Under the pieces are notes generated by a model. It saw nothing but the letters and a program-made list of their open reading frames with translations. It ran no database searches and was not told the origin of the DNA. From the NCBI GenBank assembly GCA_050331735.1, contig JBHJGN010000004.1:32001-96000 (forward strand): DNA of 64,000 nucleotides, given 5' to 3'. The stretch's first letter is position 1; the number at the start of each line of letters is the position of its first letter. The stretch is from Cyanophyceae cyanobacterium. GTDB taxonomy: Bacteria; Cyanobacteriota; Cyanobacteriia; Cyanobacteriales; JBHJGN01. Positions 19,192 to 30,231 of the stretch are shown here, piece by piece. Made by a program: the position numbers and the translations under genes.

Positions 19192-20661
19192 TTGTCTATG
19201 ATGAGCAGCGATCGCCTCCCGGATTGGCAAAATTCAACCATTTTGATTCTTGGCGATGCCATGCTAGACTGCTATCTTCGCGGCACATCGACTCGTCTTT
19301 GTCAAGAGGCTCCAGTGCCTGTGGTAGCTGTTGCTGAGCGCCGGGATGTCCCTGGAGGAGCGGCTAATACAGCAGCCAACGTCAGCAGTCTTGGCGGCAG
19401 AGCGATTCTGCTGGCGGTGATTGGGGATGACGATGAAGGTTGTCGGCTTCAGCAAAGCCTTCAGCAGCAGGGAGTCAGGACCGATCGCCTTTTGGTGGAT
19501 GCCTCCCGCACAACGCTCACGAAGCAGAGAACAATTGCCGCTTCTCAACTGCTAGTGCGGGCCGACTGGGGCAGTACGGCGGCGCTCTCGCACTCTACTG
19601 AGCAAAAGCTGCTCGCTAGTCTCCAGGAGCTGTTCCCCACCTGCGATGGAGTGATCGTTTCTGATTACGGCTACGGCATCCTCACGCCACGAGTCATTCG
19701 AGCCCTGTCCGAGCTTCAGCGCCAGCATCCGCGCGTGGTTGCGGTGGACTCTAAGCAGCTAGCTGCCTATCGCGAGGTGGGCGTGACCGCCGCTAAACCA
19801 AACTATGCGGAAGCCATACAGTTGCTCAACTTACCTGTAGTGGAAGAGGAGCGGGTGTCCCAGCTCAAAACCCAGGGAGAGCCACTGCTGACGCGGACAG
19901 GAGCCAAGCTGGTTGCCGTGACGCTAGATAGAGAGGGAGCGCTGGTGTTCGAGCGCGATCGCTCTCCGATTCAAACCAGTGCAACTCCCACCTCAAACTT
20001 GCAGGCAACGGGAGCTGGCGATACCTACATCAGTGCGTTAACCCTAGCGTTAACAGCTAACGCTCCCGCTGCTGTTGCCGCGTCTTTAGCAGCAGCGGCA
20101 ACAGCAGTTGTCGTCACCGCAGCAGGCACGACCACTTGTCGAGCTGACCAACTACTTGCCATAGCTAATCCAAAAATCAGCCGTGAGCGATCGCACTTAG
20201 CCGCGTCAGTCCAGCAATACCGCGCCGCTGGCAAACAGATTGTGTTTACCAACGGCTGTTTTGATATTCTTCATCCCGGACACGTTACTTATTTGCAGCA
20301 GGCCAAGGCCCTGGGAGATATTCTGATTCTCGGCGTTAATTCTGATGAAAGCGTCAAAGGTTTAAAGGGCCCCTCCCGCCCCATCAATCCTTTGGCAGAT
20401 CGTCTGACTGTCCTCGCGGGGTTAGCTAGCGTCGATTATGTAATCGCCTTTGATGAGGCAACTCCCATTGAGCTGCTCAAAATTCTTCGTCCTGATATTT
20501 ACGTTAAAGGCGGCGACTATACGCCAGAGACTTTGCCAGAAGCCCCAGTCGTGAAAGAATTAGGAGGGATTGTCAAGATTCTCCCCTTTGTAGAGAACCG
20601 CTCGACAACGGCAATTATTGAGCGAATCATGAGTCCCTCTGAGACGAGAAAAGCGCCGTAG
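19192..20661 (+). CDS. hldE: Bifunctional heptose-7-phosphate kinase / heptose-1-phosphate adenylyltransferase
   Basis: PfkB domain (GDAMLD..EAPVPV..PGGAAN..GAGD) plus cytidylyltransferase domain FTNGCFDILHPGH...KGGDY. Confidence 0.9.
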   Translation: MSMMSSDRLPDWQNSTILILGDAMLDCYLRGTSTRLCQEAPVPVVAVAERRDVPGGAANTAANVSSLGGRAILLAVIGDDDEGCRLQQSLQQQGVRTDRLLVDASRTTLTKQRTIAASQLLVRADWGSTAALSHSTEQKLLASLQELFPTCDGVIVSDYGYGILTPRVIRALSELQRQHPRVVAVDSKQLAAYREVGVTAAKPNYAEAIQLLNLPVVEEERVSQLKTQGEPLLTRTGAKLVAVTLDREGALVFERDRSPIQTSATPTSNLQATGAGDTYISALTLALTANAPAAVAASLAAAATAVVVTAAGTTTCRADQLLAIANPKISRERSHLAASVQQYRAAGKQIVFTNGCFDILHPGHVTYLQQAKALGDILILGVNSDESVKGLKGPSRPINPLADRLTVLAGLASVDYVIAFDEATPIELLKILRPDIYVKGGDYTPETLPEAPVVKELGGIVKILPFVENRSTTAIIERIMSPSETRKAP

Positions 20662-20893
20662 GCGCGAAGGGTAGGTAGGTGGCGACAGAAACAGCTAAAA
20701 GGGAATCAGTGTTCGGTAGTTGTTTCCAATAGAGGGATTCATGAATTGGCGGTTATAAATTGAAGCCTCTCTCTCATTAGTAATCAGAAGAATGTTTCAA
20801 CTTAGAACAATCAGAAAATAACTATTACTTCCTTTTCCCTTCCCCTTTTCCCATAGCTAAGGTGCTTGCATAACACTATCAAGTTAAATTTGT

Positions 20894-22003
20894 ATGGCGA
20901 AAGATTGGCAAAACGCAAGAAACGTTCTTTGTGTGAGGCTAGATACGATTGGCGATGTGATTATGACCACGCCTGCCATGCGGGCGTTGAAATTAGCTCA
21001 TCCCGAGCGTCGCCTGACGCTGATGACTTCTTCGGCGGGAGCGGTGGTTGCACCACAAATACCGGAACTGGACGACCTGATCGTATACGACTCGCCCTGG
21101 CTGAAAGCCACGGTCCCGCGAGTCGATAGTCGCCCAGAATTTGAGATGATTGAACGGCTCCGAGAGTACCGCTTTGACGCTGCCGCGATCTTGACAGTTT
21201 ATAGTCAAAATCCCCTGCCCTCGGCGTTTCTACTCTACATGGCCGGGGTTCCCCTCCGCTTAGCTCACTGTCACGAAAACCCTTACCAACTGCTGACCCA
21301 CTGGATCAAAGACCCAGAACCGAACCAGTTTACCCGCCACGAAGTCCAGCGTCAGCTCGATTTAGTGGCGAGCGTCGGCTGTCACCATGATGACAAGCAC
21401 ATGAGGCTCTACGTCCCCGAAGCCGCTCGAAGACGCATTCAGCAGCTTCTCCACCCCCTTAAGCTGAAGGAGCGATGGGTTGTCATCCATCCCGGCGCGA
21501 CGGCTCTTTCCCGGCGCTACCCCCCAGAAAGCTTTGCCGCTGTGGCCCGTCAGCTTGTTTTAGAACACCACCTTCAGGTTATTTTTACGGGAACTCAACC
21601 AGAGCAGGAACTGGTTGAATCGATTCGCACTCAGATGCAGGCTCCGTCTCATTCTTTAGTTGGCTGCTTGAACTTGAGTGAACTAACAGCATTACTGGCG
21701 ATCGCCCCGCTGCTCATCTCCAACAATACTGGACCGGTCCACGTAGCGGCGGCTGTCGGCACTCCCGTCGTCGATCTGTACGCTCTCACCAATCCGCAGC
21801 ATACTCCCTGGGGAGTCCCCAGCCGCGTTCTCTTCCACGATGTTCCCTGCCGCATCTGTTACAAAAGTATTTGCCCAGAAGGACACTACCGCTGTCTGCG
21901 CCTAGTTGAACCGGAAACCGTTGTTCAGGCGACCCTGGAGCTGCTGACAGAAGCTGACACTGCTCCTGACTTTACTCCCCCCGTACTCATTCCAACTGCT
22001 TAA
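20894..22003 (+). CDS. GT9 heptosyltransferase-like glycosyltransferase (WaaF/RfaF-like)
   Basis: RLDTIGDVIMTTPA; VIHPGA; ISNNTGPVHVAAAVGTP. Confidence 0.85.
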   Translation: MAKDWQNARNVLCVRLDTIGDVIMTTPAMRALKLAHPERRLTLMTSSAGAVVAPQIPELDDLIVYDSPWLKATVPRVDSRPEFEMIERLREYRFDAAAILTVYSQNPLPSAFLLYMAGVPLRLAHCHENPYQLLTHWIKDPEPNQFTRHEVQRQLDLVASVGCHHDDKHMRLYVPEAARRRIQQLLHPLKLKERWVVIHPGATALSRRYPPESFAAVARQLVLEHHLQVIFTGTQPEQELVESIRTQMQAPSHSLVGCLNLSELTALLAIAPLLISNNTGPVHVAAAVGTPVVDLYALTNPQHTPWGVPSRVLFHDVPCRICYKSICPEGHYRCLRLVEPETVVQATLELLTEADTAPDFTPPVLIPTA

Positions 22004-22030
22004 AGACAATTGAGGGATAAGAGTCAGCCA

Positions 22031-22357
22031 TCACATGCGTGAGAGAGCCGCTATTTTAACGCGCTTGTCCTTATCGAGAGCCTCTAGTTCATTGAGATGC
22101 AGCCATCCCTGTTTCAGTAACTTGGCGAAGACAAACAGAAGAGCAGAGTAGCTATAGTCGTACTTTCCATCAATTTCGTGTCTTCTAGCACTTAAGTAGT
22201 CATGCAAACGCCACACATCGTCAAGTTCTGCAATTACACTGGCTTTCTCGTTAATTTCCTGAATTAAAGCAGTTATTTCTCTGCTGTATGCTTTTTCAAA
22301 GACTTCCTGGGCAGCCCGCTTCTCAGCTTCGGACCACCTAATTTCGCTCTCTTGCAT
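22031..22357 (-). CDS. frp: Fluorescence recovery protein
   Basis: WSEAEK..AYSREI..WRLHDYLSARRHEIDGKYD; directly downstream of ocp. Confidence 0.9.
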   Translation of the reverse strand: MQESEIRWSEAEKRAAQEVFEKAYSREITALIQEINEKASVIAELDDVWRLHDYLSARRHEIDGKYDYSYSALLFVFAKLLKQGWLHLNELEALDKDKRVKIAALSRM

Positions 22358-22617
22358 TACTAAACTAGAATTATGTATTGAATATTATCTATAGTTTAGC
22401 GCGATCGTTACCATCCTATCTCTCGTCTCAGAATAATCTAAATCGCTTACCTTAGCAGGTTCAGGCCGCTGAGCGCGTCGCATTGCCTGAAAAAAGCTTA
22501 AACATCTTTTTATTTCCTCCGCTCCTGCCGTGTGTCTCTATAAACACGAAGCGCCCCTATTCAAAGAGCGCTCCGCAACCATCAGTCAGTTTTACCTCAC
22601 TGGCGCTAAACTTTTCT

Positions 22618-23577
22618 CTAGCGAGCGAAGTTTAATAGTTCTTTGGGAGAGGCTAGCAAATCGATGGCGACAAAGAAAATCTTGTTCTGAGGATTCAGCA
22701 AAAATCTCCAGGCAATATTCATACCCACCTGAGCACCAAACCAAGGAGACTGTACTTTACCCGTGACCTTTACCTGAGTGTAATCGTCTTCAGCCGGTTC
22801 AGACACTCCTTGTTCAGGCGCGACCTTGAGTCTTTGGCATTCTTCTCGAAAGAATTTCATAATGGCGTCTTTGCCAACAATCGGTTTTTGAAAAGGAGGT
22901 TGTAGAGCCCCGTCTGGTGCAAAGAGGTCAATGAGTGCTTCAAAGTCATTCGCATTGAGGTTGTTCATATAGCCCAGTATCGTCGGGTTTGTAATACCCT
23001 CAATACTAACTTTGGTCCGCTGTGATATTTCTTCAGGAGGAACAACAGGTTCGCTCACTCTAGTGTAATTCTCTAGCTTACTGGGGTCGAATCCCATGTC
23101 CAGAACAGAATTGCGGAGAACCGTAATTTGCTGACCGGACTCTAAACTTCTAATGGTCTGCAAGATGGCTGATGCATTAGCAGAAAGTTGATAGCCTTTA
23201 GGAATCGGAGCCACCAGTCCCTGTTCCATCAACTGCCCTAGCTGATACCAAAAACCGAGCTTGATGTTTGGAGTCCAGGTCGCATAGGTTCTGCTAACGG
23301 GAGTATCAGCGCGGTTAGCCAAGTCACACATGACCTGCGATTGCTCCAGAGGAGACATTTGCTGAATTTGTTTAAGAGTCTCCTGGGCAAACTGCATACT
23401 TGCTGCCCCAGGAGCAGCAACGGTGATGGTTTTCCCCATTTCGAGATAGGCAAACCAAATGAGGGCGAGCTGATCTTCGGCACTAAGCTGGCTGAATCTA
23501 GCGATTGTAGCTGGCACTGCATCGGCGGATAAAGTATTTGGAAAAATGCTGCGAGCTGAATCGATTGAGAATGGCAT
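22618..23577 (-). CDS. ocp: Orange carotenoid protein (OCP1 type, paired with frp)
   Basis: MPFSIDSARSIFP..LALIWFAYLEMG..NIKLGFWY; NTF2-like C-terminal domain ending VAIDLLASPKELL. Confidence 0.95.
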   Translation of the reverse strand: MPFSIDSARSIFPNTLSADAVPATIARFSQLSAEDQLALIWFAYLEMGKTITVAAPGAASMQFAQETLKQIQQMSPLEQSQVMCDLANRADTPVSRTYATWTPNIKLGFWYQLGQLMEQGLVAPIPKGYQLSANASAILQTIRSLESGQQITVLRNSVLDMGFDPSKLENYTRVSEPVVPPEEISQRTKVSIEGITNPTILGYMNNLNANDFEALIDLFAPDGALQPPFQKPIVGKDAIMKFFREECQRLKVAPEQGVSEPAEDDYTQVKVTGKVQSPWFGAQVGMNIAWRFLLNPQNKIFFVAIDLLASPKELLNFAR

Positions 23578-23761
23578 GATATCTACCTTTAGCTAAATTC
23601 ACAGTGGGAACCAGTTAAACGGCTTGGCTTTTGTCGCAACGCCTAACTAGCTCAAAATCACTATAGATCATTAGGGCGTATTAAAACGGGAACTTCTCCT
23701 CAAAGAGGCAAAGATCAGCTAGAACGGACCCAGTTGTGCCGCAGACCTTACCTGAGTCAGT

Positions 23762-25516
23762 CTACTCAGGTTGCTCGCTAATCCACGCGCCGAAAGCATC
23801 GACAGCAATCTTGTTGTCTACAGAGTGACTGGCATAGGGAGGATACAGGGCAACAACATGCGGAACGGGACGCGGAACGTACCCAACTAAAGATTCTCCG
23901 GCATAAGTCAGGGAGGTACTCGCCCCGGAATCGAGCATCACAGCATCGCGAAAGCCGAGCTGATACAGCACTTCCCCGAGCGTTACCGAATCAACCATGT
24001 TTTTCGAGACCCCAATAACCGGCTGTCCGGCTTGATTAATGCCCCAGAAAGCCCGGTGCCGATACGCATCGAAATCAAATAGGCTACCAAAAGTAGCAGC
24101 GGGTTGAGGCTGACTATTTTTCACGAGCCATGCTGCCCCGACAAAAGCATCCGTGACGGATGCCATTTCTGAGAGCACCCCGGCTAAATCATTGTGTTCC
24201 TCATAGTCGAAGGGAACGAACTTGACTGCCTCGGGTCCGATTAGAACGAGCGGTCGCCCTTGGAGCTTCGGAATCTCTCCGCGATAGCCTGGAATAAACT
24301 GCTGATGGTTGGCGCTTAGAACCGGTCCAATCATCACGTTGGAGTCTAAATACTTTAAGGAGAAGAAACCACCATCAACAGCGGCGACGGCATCGGTTCC
24401 CTCTAATATTTCTGGCACTTGGTAACGACTATCGGCATGAATGGTGTTCGGTCTACCACCGGTAATGAGGATGACACTAATATCGTCTACCGTGTGTTCT
24501 TGCTTACGAATCGCGGTTGTAAAGTTAAATCCGCCATCTTTTCTGGGCAGAGGATGGCCGCCCCAAGCTTCGGAGACCACCGCCTCTAAGCGAGACTGCC
24601 CGAAGCGACCGATAGTGAGTAAATCTTGCGAGTCTCCGGCAAAATGTTCGTCGAGATCGTCCATAGACAAAGCGGCTTTATATCCGGCAGCAGCGACAAC
24701 CTCTTCTACCCGTTCGTCTGAGCGACCCACTGGATAGGTGAAGTAGTCAATAGTAACAGCTAATTTCTCTTCAAGCAGTCGTTTGGATTCAAAAACTTCC
24801 GCCTCTAGCTCCTCATCAGACAAGGTTCTGAGATCGTCAGGATGAGTAATACTGTGGGAGGCAATCGTCACGAGGGGATCGGCGGCCATTTCTTGAAGCT
24901 GCTTCCAGGTAACGCTCGTTCTGCCTCCGGTTAGCTCCATTTTTTGGGTATAGATGGAAAAAACCGCCGGGTAGCCGTATTTTTTCAGGAGGGGGTAGAC
25001 ATGCTGATAATGCCCCCCATACCCATCGTCGAACGTCAGCAGAATGGGCTTTTCGGGAAGAGGAACTCCGGTGCGGAGGTGATTAACAAGCCAGTCCAGA
25101 GAGATAGGCGTTAGTCCCTCTGATTCGATCAGTTCAAAATCTGCCTCGAGTTCTTCAGGAGTGACATCAAAAAACACCTCTTTTTCCGGGAGGATGTCGT
25201 GATACATCATGATTGGCACCCGAGCCAGTCGGGCATGGTCGTGGATTTCTGGCCAGGGACTCGGTTGCGGAAACCCAAGCGCAATAAACTTTGTTTGAGC
25301 GCTCAGGGGCAATTCTAGCTCTTGAACCAAAGGGTCTGTCCAGGATGTTGAAGGGTCAGTGAAGCTGCTAGCAGGGGCATTGGCAGCAGTATCGAGGGTG
25401 CGAAGGCTTCTGATGGTTAGGAACAGGCAGGCGGCGATAAACAGGAAACCGCCACAGATAGCAAAGGGCTTGAAGGAAAAGGAGCGGCTCGCTGCTTCCT
25501 GAGTTGGGGGAGTCAT
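23762..25516 (-). CDS. Polysaccharide deacetylase with C-terminal phosphodiester-glycosidase (NAGPA-like) domain
   Basis: N-terminal TM; IMMYHD, LTFDDGY, ASHSITH, FTYPVG; C-terminal DGGFF...MLDSGASTS. Confidence 0.8.
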   Translation of the reverse strand: MTPPTQEAASRSFSFKPFAICGGFLFIAACLFLTIRSLRTLDTAANAPASSFTDPSTSWTDPLVQELELPLSAQTKFIALGFPQPSPWPEIHDHARLARVPIMMYHDILPEKEVFFDVTPEELEADFELIESEGLTPISLDWLVNHLRTGVPLPEKPILLTFDDGYGGHYQHVYPLLKKYGYPAVFSIYTQKMELTGGRTSVTWKQLQEMAADPLVTIASHSITHPDDLRTLSDEELEAEVFESKRLLEEKLAVTIDYFTYPVGRSDERVEEVVAAAGYKAALSMDDLDEHFAGDSQDLLTIGRFGQSRLEAVVSEAWGGHPLPRKDGGFNFTTAIRKQEHTVDDISVILITGGRPNTIHADSRYQVPEILEGTDAVAAVDGGFFSLKYLDSNVMIGPVLSANHQQFIPGYRGEIPKLQGRPLVLIGPEAVKFVPFDYEEHNDLAGVLSEMASVTDAFVGAAWLVKNSQPQPAATFGSLFDFDAYRHRAFWGINQAGQPVIGVSKNMVDSVTLGEVLYQLGFRDAVMLDSGASTSLTYAGESLVGYVPRPVPHVVALYPPYASHSVDNKIAVDAFGAWISEQPE

Positions 25517-25794
25517 ATTCCTCGGTTAGGCGAACGGTCAATTCGTCTGATATTGTAAGCGATCGCATCCAGTTTACTGTGCAGTTATCAAGGAAGCACT
25601 GTTGCTGTCTCAATCAATCCATTTTTTGTAGAAATAGTTTTAACCAAAGCGCCTATTGGGGGTCAGAATAGAACCTTTCTTTCGACTGAGGAAGACGAAT
25701 AGTCAATTGGTGTACAACTAGAAGTAGCGCTCTGCACTCGTCCTAGTAAGAGTTTCAACGCAGACAAAATTATTTCGTTAAGTTCAGTCAAATT

Positions 25795-26421
25795 ATGCAA
25801 GTACCAGTCGAAATCTCTTATCAAAACGTCGAGAAAACCGAGGCCATAGATTCGTTAATTCATGAGAAAATCAGCAAGCTCGAACAATTCTGCGACCATA
25901 TCACCAGTTGTCGGGTAGCGGTTGAGAAAGCTCACGATCATCCGAGCAGTGGTTCTCCGTTTCGAGTCCGTCTAGATATCACGATTCCGCCCGGTCACGA
26001 ACTAGCCGTCAACCGCAACCCCGGAGAAGGCAATCAGTACGACTCACTGCCAACCGTCATTCGAGATGCCTTTGAGGCAGCACGTCGTCAGGTAGTGGAG
26101 CTCAATAGAAGACAGCAGGATCAGGTCAAGCACCATCCCCAGCAGGAAATGGTGGCCGTCGTTACTAAACTATTTAAAGAGCAGGGATACGGCTTTATTA
26201 AAACCCTAGATACCGGACGAGAAATCTACTTTCATCAGAACAGCGTGATTCATGGCGACTTCGACCGCATCGAGGTCGGGACTGGGGTTCAGTTCACGGA
26301 AACGATGGGAGAAATGGGACCGCAAGCAACAACGGTACACATTGTCGATAAAAAAGGGGTCAGCGCGTCAAATAGCGATACAGAAGCCACCGAAGCTGAG
26401 CCGCCTGTAAGCTGGCAATAG
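25795..26421 (+). CDS. HPF/RaiA ribosome-associated domain fused to a cold-shock domain
   Basis: N-terminal HPF-like (ITSCRVAVE..IRDAFEAARRQ); C-terminal CSD GYGFIKT..EIYFHQNSV. Confidence 0.85.
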   Translation: MQVPVEISYQNVEKTEAIDSLIHEKISKLEQFCDHITSCRVAVEKAHDHPSSGSPFRVRLDITIPPGHELAVNRNPGEGNQYDSLPTVIRDAFEAARRQVVELNRRQQDQVKHHPQQEMVAVVTKLFKEQGYGFIKTLDTGREIYFHQNSVIHGDFDRIEVGTGVQFTETMGEMGPQATTVHIVDKKGVSASNSDTEATEAEPPVSWQ

Positions 26422-26465
26422 TTAGCACAGCGTCGCGTAGTTCTCTTCTAAGAGGATCTAGATTT

Positions 26466-26485
26466 AGTTAGTGGTTAGTCGTTAC
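26466..26485. repeat. 20-bp heptamer-based repeat, identical to 35716-35735
   Basis: agttagtggttagtcgttac at both loci. Confidence 0.7.
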
Positions 26486-26572
26486 TAGCAAAGACTAAGC
26501 TTCACTGACCGCTAACTTGCTAACTCTTCGCTTCTAGCAACTCCACTTTTACGGTCTAACTTTCTGGCAAAA

Positions 26573-27499
26573 TTAAGCTTTCGCCCTTTTTGCTTCTCTC
26601 CACCAGGCTAGTAAAGTACTGGCAACGAAAATACTAGAATAAGCTCCCAAAACGAAGCCGATAATTAAGGCTAAAGCAAAATATTTCAAGGTTTCTCCCC
26701 CAAATAGAAAGATAGCCACCAGGGGAAGTAGGGTAGTGAGCGTGGTATTAATAGAGCGAGTTAAGGTTTGATTAACGGCGCTATCGACAATTTCATTCAT
26801 CGATTCGGTGGAGGACTCGGCGGTAGTTTCGCGAATGCGGTCATAAATGACGACAGTATCGTTGACCGAAAAACCAATGATCGTCAATAGTGCTACCAAA
26901 AATAAGCTATCGACTTCTACGCCAGCGACTAATCCGAGTACGGCAAAAACGCCAGCCGTCACCAAAGCATCGTGAAATAGAGCCAGGATAGCAAAGAAAG
27001 CATAGTCGAACTGAAAGCGAATGCTGAGATAAACAATAATGCCGAAAAAAGAAACAATCAGCGCTAGCAAACCAGCAATAAATAGTTCTCGACCGATGGC
27101 GGGACCAACGGTATCAATCTGAGTTCTCTGCGGATCGAAGGAACCAACAACGGTACTGAGAGCTTCCTGAAGTCGGGTGCGTTCGTCAACATCAAGAGTG
27201 TTAGTCCGAATCGATAACCCTTGCGCGTTCTCTCCGACTACTTGCAGACTGCTGTTTCCTAAGTTTTGCTCTACTAAGACGTCTCGTACTTGAGCAATAT
27301 CAATGGGGTCGTCACAGTTACCTGCCACTGCACAATCACGTTCTAGCTGGAGGCGGGTTCCGCCGACAAAATCTAAGCCGGGACGTAAAGGAGCGTTAAA
27401 ATTGGCAAAGGCAATCGCCATAGCGATAAAACTGCCAATTACAGCAATGGCAGAAACGCTCCACCAAAGATTTCGCTGTTTGATAACGCTAAATTTCAT
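26573..27499 (-). CDS. secF: Protein translocase subunit SecF
   Basis: [30 protein letters not shown]. Confidence 0.95.
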   Translation of the reverse strand: MKFSVIKQRNLWWSVSAIAVIGSFIAMAIAFANFNAPLRPGLDFVGGTRLQLERDCAVAGNCDDPIDIAQVRDVLVEQNLGNSSLQVVGENAQGLSIRTNTLDVDERTRLQEALSTVVGSFDPQRTQIDTVGPAIGRELFIAGLLALIVSFFGIIVYLSIRFQFDYAFFAILALFHDALVTAGVFAVLGLVAGVEVDSLFLVALLTIIGFSVNDTVVIYDRIRETTAESSTESMNEIVDSAVNQTLTRSINTTLTTLLPLVAIFLFGGETLKYFALALIIGFVLGAYSSIFVASTLLAWWREAKRAKA

Positions 27500-27559
27500 G
27501 TTTTCTTCTCGTAGGTGGCAATTGGTAAGCGAGCGATTGAAGCGACTGTCGCTGCCTCT

Positions 27560-28966
27560 CTATGACTTGGCGGAAGCGGGTAGATTAGGACAAAACAATT
27601 CCGGTTTTTGTCGCACTCCCGGAACTCCTAAAACCGTTAGCAGCAGAAAGGTGCGGCTACAGGTAAGTGCCGTAAACATACTGACCGCAACTCCAATTCC
27701 GAGGGTGAGGGCAAACCCTTTTACTAAACCGGACCCGAGCCAGAACAGAGCTGCACAGGCGATTAAAGTTGTCACGTTACTATCTAAAATACTAGAAAAC
27801 GCCCGATAGAAACCAGACTCGACGGAACGATACAGGGTTTTTCCAGAGCGCAGCTCTTCCCTGGTACGCTCAAAAATTAATACATTCGCGTCCACCGCCA
27901 TGCCAATGCTGAGAATAAATCCGGCAATCCCTGGGAGAGTGAGCGTTACGCCGATTAAGGAATAGCAGGCTAGAGTCAGCAAAGTATAAACAACGAGAGC
28001 CACATCCGCAAGCAATCCCGGTAGGCGATAGTAGACAGCAACAAAAATGAGGACCAATACTAAACCAGCGATCGCTGCATAAATGCTGCGCCGAATACTG
28101 TCTTGCCCGAGAGTCGCGCCTACGGTGCGATTTTCAACGACTTCTACCGGAAACGGCAGAGAGCCGCCGCGAATCTGAACCGCTAAAGCGTTGGCGCTTT
28201 CAGCATCAAAGTTACCCGTAATGACGGCACTCCCCCCAGTAATGCCGGTGGCGGCAAATTCCGGTCCTACCACGGGAGCGCTAATTAAAACACTGTCCAA
28301 AAAAATGCCGATGCTGCGCCCGGTTCCGGCTAAATTTTTAGTCAGTTCGGCAAACTTTTCGCCTCCCTCACTGTCGAAACGAATCGCCACTTCCCAGCGA
28401 TTGCCTGCCTGGGTTGGCTGCGGTCGAGCATCTCTAAGATTAGTTCCGACTAGCCCTACCGGAGCAAAGAGTTCGGCTAACGTCTCATTGGTTTGCTGTA
28501 AAGACTGAGTTAGTTGAGCAAGTTCTTCGGGGTTAGACTCGTCTTGCCGCAGGAGCTGAAGCTGCGCTTGAAGCTGCTGCTGAACTCTAAATGCAGCCGC
28601 TAACTGCCCTTCGGTTCCCGGTTGCTGTTCTTTAAACTCTAGCTGGGCCGTTCCGCCCAAAACTCGTTCGGCTTGCGTCGGGTCAGTGATACCGGGTAGC
28701 TGGACGAGAATCTGATCGTCCCCAACGGTTTGCACAACAGGTTCTGCCACTCCGAGGGCATTGATGCGGTTTTCGATCACGCTTTTAACGGCATCAAGGT
28801 CTTCTGCCGATACGTTGGTGACCTCTGCCGTTGGCTGAACAGCCAGAGTCAACTGCGAGCCTCCCCGCAGGTCGAGTCCAAGCTGCAAGGGGATGTATAC
28901 TAAAATGGCGATCGCCGCCGCCACCAAAGCGAGAATAAAGGCAGTCAGTAGTCGCTGTTTTTGCAT
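27560..28966 (-). CDS. secD: Protein translocase subunit SecD
   Basis: [29 protein letters not shown]. Confidence 0.95.
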   Translation of the reverse strand: MQKQRLLTAFILALVAAAIAILVYIPLQLGLDLRGGSQLTLAVQPTAEVTNVSAEDLDAVKSVIENRINALGVAEPVVQTVGDDQILVQLPGITDPTQAERVLGGTAQLEFKEQQPGTEGQLAAAFRVQQQLQAQLQLLRQDESNPEELAQLTQSLQQTNETLAELFAPVGLVGTNLRDARPQPTQAGNRWEVAIRFDSEGGEKFAELTKNLAGTGRSIGIFLDSVLISAPVVGPEFAATGITGGSAVITGNFDAESANALAVQIRGGSLPFPVEVVENRTVGATLGQDSIRRSIYAAIAGLVLVLIFVAVYYRLPGLLADVALVVYTLLTLACYSLIGVTLTLPGIAGFILSIGMAVDANVLIFERTREELRSGKTLYRSVESGFYRAFSSILDSNVTTLIACAALFWLGSGLVKGFALTLGIGVAVSMFTALTCSRTFLLLTVLGVPGVRQKPELFCPNLPASAKS

Positions 28967-29155
28967 AGCCAGTCGGAAAATTAAAAATTCACAGTAAAAA
29001 ATTCAAACTTGCTCTGTCTATTAATTCTAAATTTAAGGCTTGCAGTGAGCTGTTCGACCTGTTCAATCAATTAAAAAGTCAAAACTCCTGTTTAAACCTG
29101 GCCTATTGAATTTTTGATCTCAGTGTACTCGCCATCGCTAACAATTCACCAGTGG

Positions 29156-30133
29156 CTAGATTTGCAGCGCCAGCATTTTTTGCACGGCTTCGGCAATTTG
29201 TGGGGGCTGAACAATCGTATGTCTTTCAAGCATGCCGTTATAGGGTGTAGGAATGTCTTGAGACGACAGCCGCAGCACCGGGGCATCTAGCTCATCAAAA
29301 AGCTGCTCGTTGATCAGCGCCGCTAATTCTGCGCCAATTCCCCCGGTTTTCATGCATTCTTCTACAATAATCACGCGATGGGTTTTCCGCACCGACTCAC
29401 CAATCGTATTCATATCAAACGGCTTGAGGGAAACGAGGTCAATAATCTCTGGATCGCTGCCGTCTAGCTGTTTCAATGCCTGTAAACAGTGATGCCGCAT
29501 TCGCGAGTAGGTGAGAATTGTGATATCTTTGCCTTGGCGAACGACTTCAGCGCGGTCCAGCGGCAGAAGATATTCTTCCTCCGGCAGATTTTCTTTGAGG
29601 TTGTAGAGCAAAACGTGCTCAAAAAACAAAATTGGATTGTCGTCTCGAATGGCAGACTTGAGTAAACCTTTAGCATTATAAGGAGTCGAGCAGGCCACAA
29701 TTTTAAGGCCCGGAACGCCATGAAAGTACGCTTCCAGTCGCTGGGAATGTTCGGCTCCAAGCTGCCGTCCGACTCCGCCCGGTCCCCGAATCACCAGCGG
29801 AATTTTGAAATTGCCGCCAGAGGTGTAGCGCAGCATCCCGGCGTTATTAGCAATTTGGTTGAAAGCCAGCAGCAAAAAGCCCATATTCATGCCTTCGATG
29901 ATTGGTCTCAACCCCGTCATCGCTGCACCTACCGCCATGCCTGTAAAGCTATTCTCGGCGATTGGGGTATCTAAAACCCGCAGTTCGCCATACTTTTTAT
30001 AGAGGTCTTTGGTAACTTTGTAAGAGCCGCCGTAGTGACCGACATCTTCGCCCATCACGCACACGGTTTCATCGCGCGACATCTCTTCATCGACGGCTTC
30101 GCGCAGAGCGTTGAAAAAAAGAGTTTCTGCCAT
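29156..30133 (-). CDS. pdhB: Pyruvate dehydrogenase E1 beta subunit
   Basis: [41 protein letters not shown] at 30133. Confidence 0.95.
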   Translation of the reverse strand: MAETLFFNALREAVDEEMSRDETVCVMGEDVGHYGGSYKVTKDLYKKYGELRVLDTPIAENSFTGMAVGAAMTGLRPIIEGMNMGFLLLAFNQIANNAGMLRYTSGGNFKIPLVIRGPGGVGRQLGAEHSQRLEAYFHGVPGLKIVACSTPYNAKGLLKSAIRDDNPILFFEHVLLYNLKENLPEEEYLLPLDRAEVVRQGKDITILTYSRMRHHCLQALKQLDGSDPEIIDLVSLKPFDMNTIGESVRKTHRVIIVEECMKTGGIGAELAALINEQLFDELDAPVLRLSSQDIPTPYNGMLERHTIVQPPQIAEAVQKMLALQI

Positions 30134-30231
30134 ATCTTCACCAGTGACTGCATCTGTCATCCTATCATTAGGCTCAAGGAGATGATGCTCTTTGTCGCAC
30201 AATCACCAAAATAACTGTAGTGCAGTTCGCC

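Noticed and set aside
23690..23715. Shared stress-regulon motif (ctttgag-like) upstream of ocp, HPF-CSD and DUF2795
   Set aside because: The similarity is too short and degenerate to support without motif statistics
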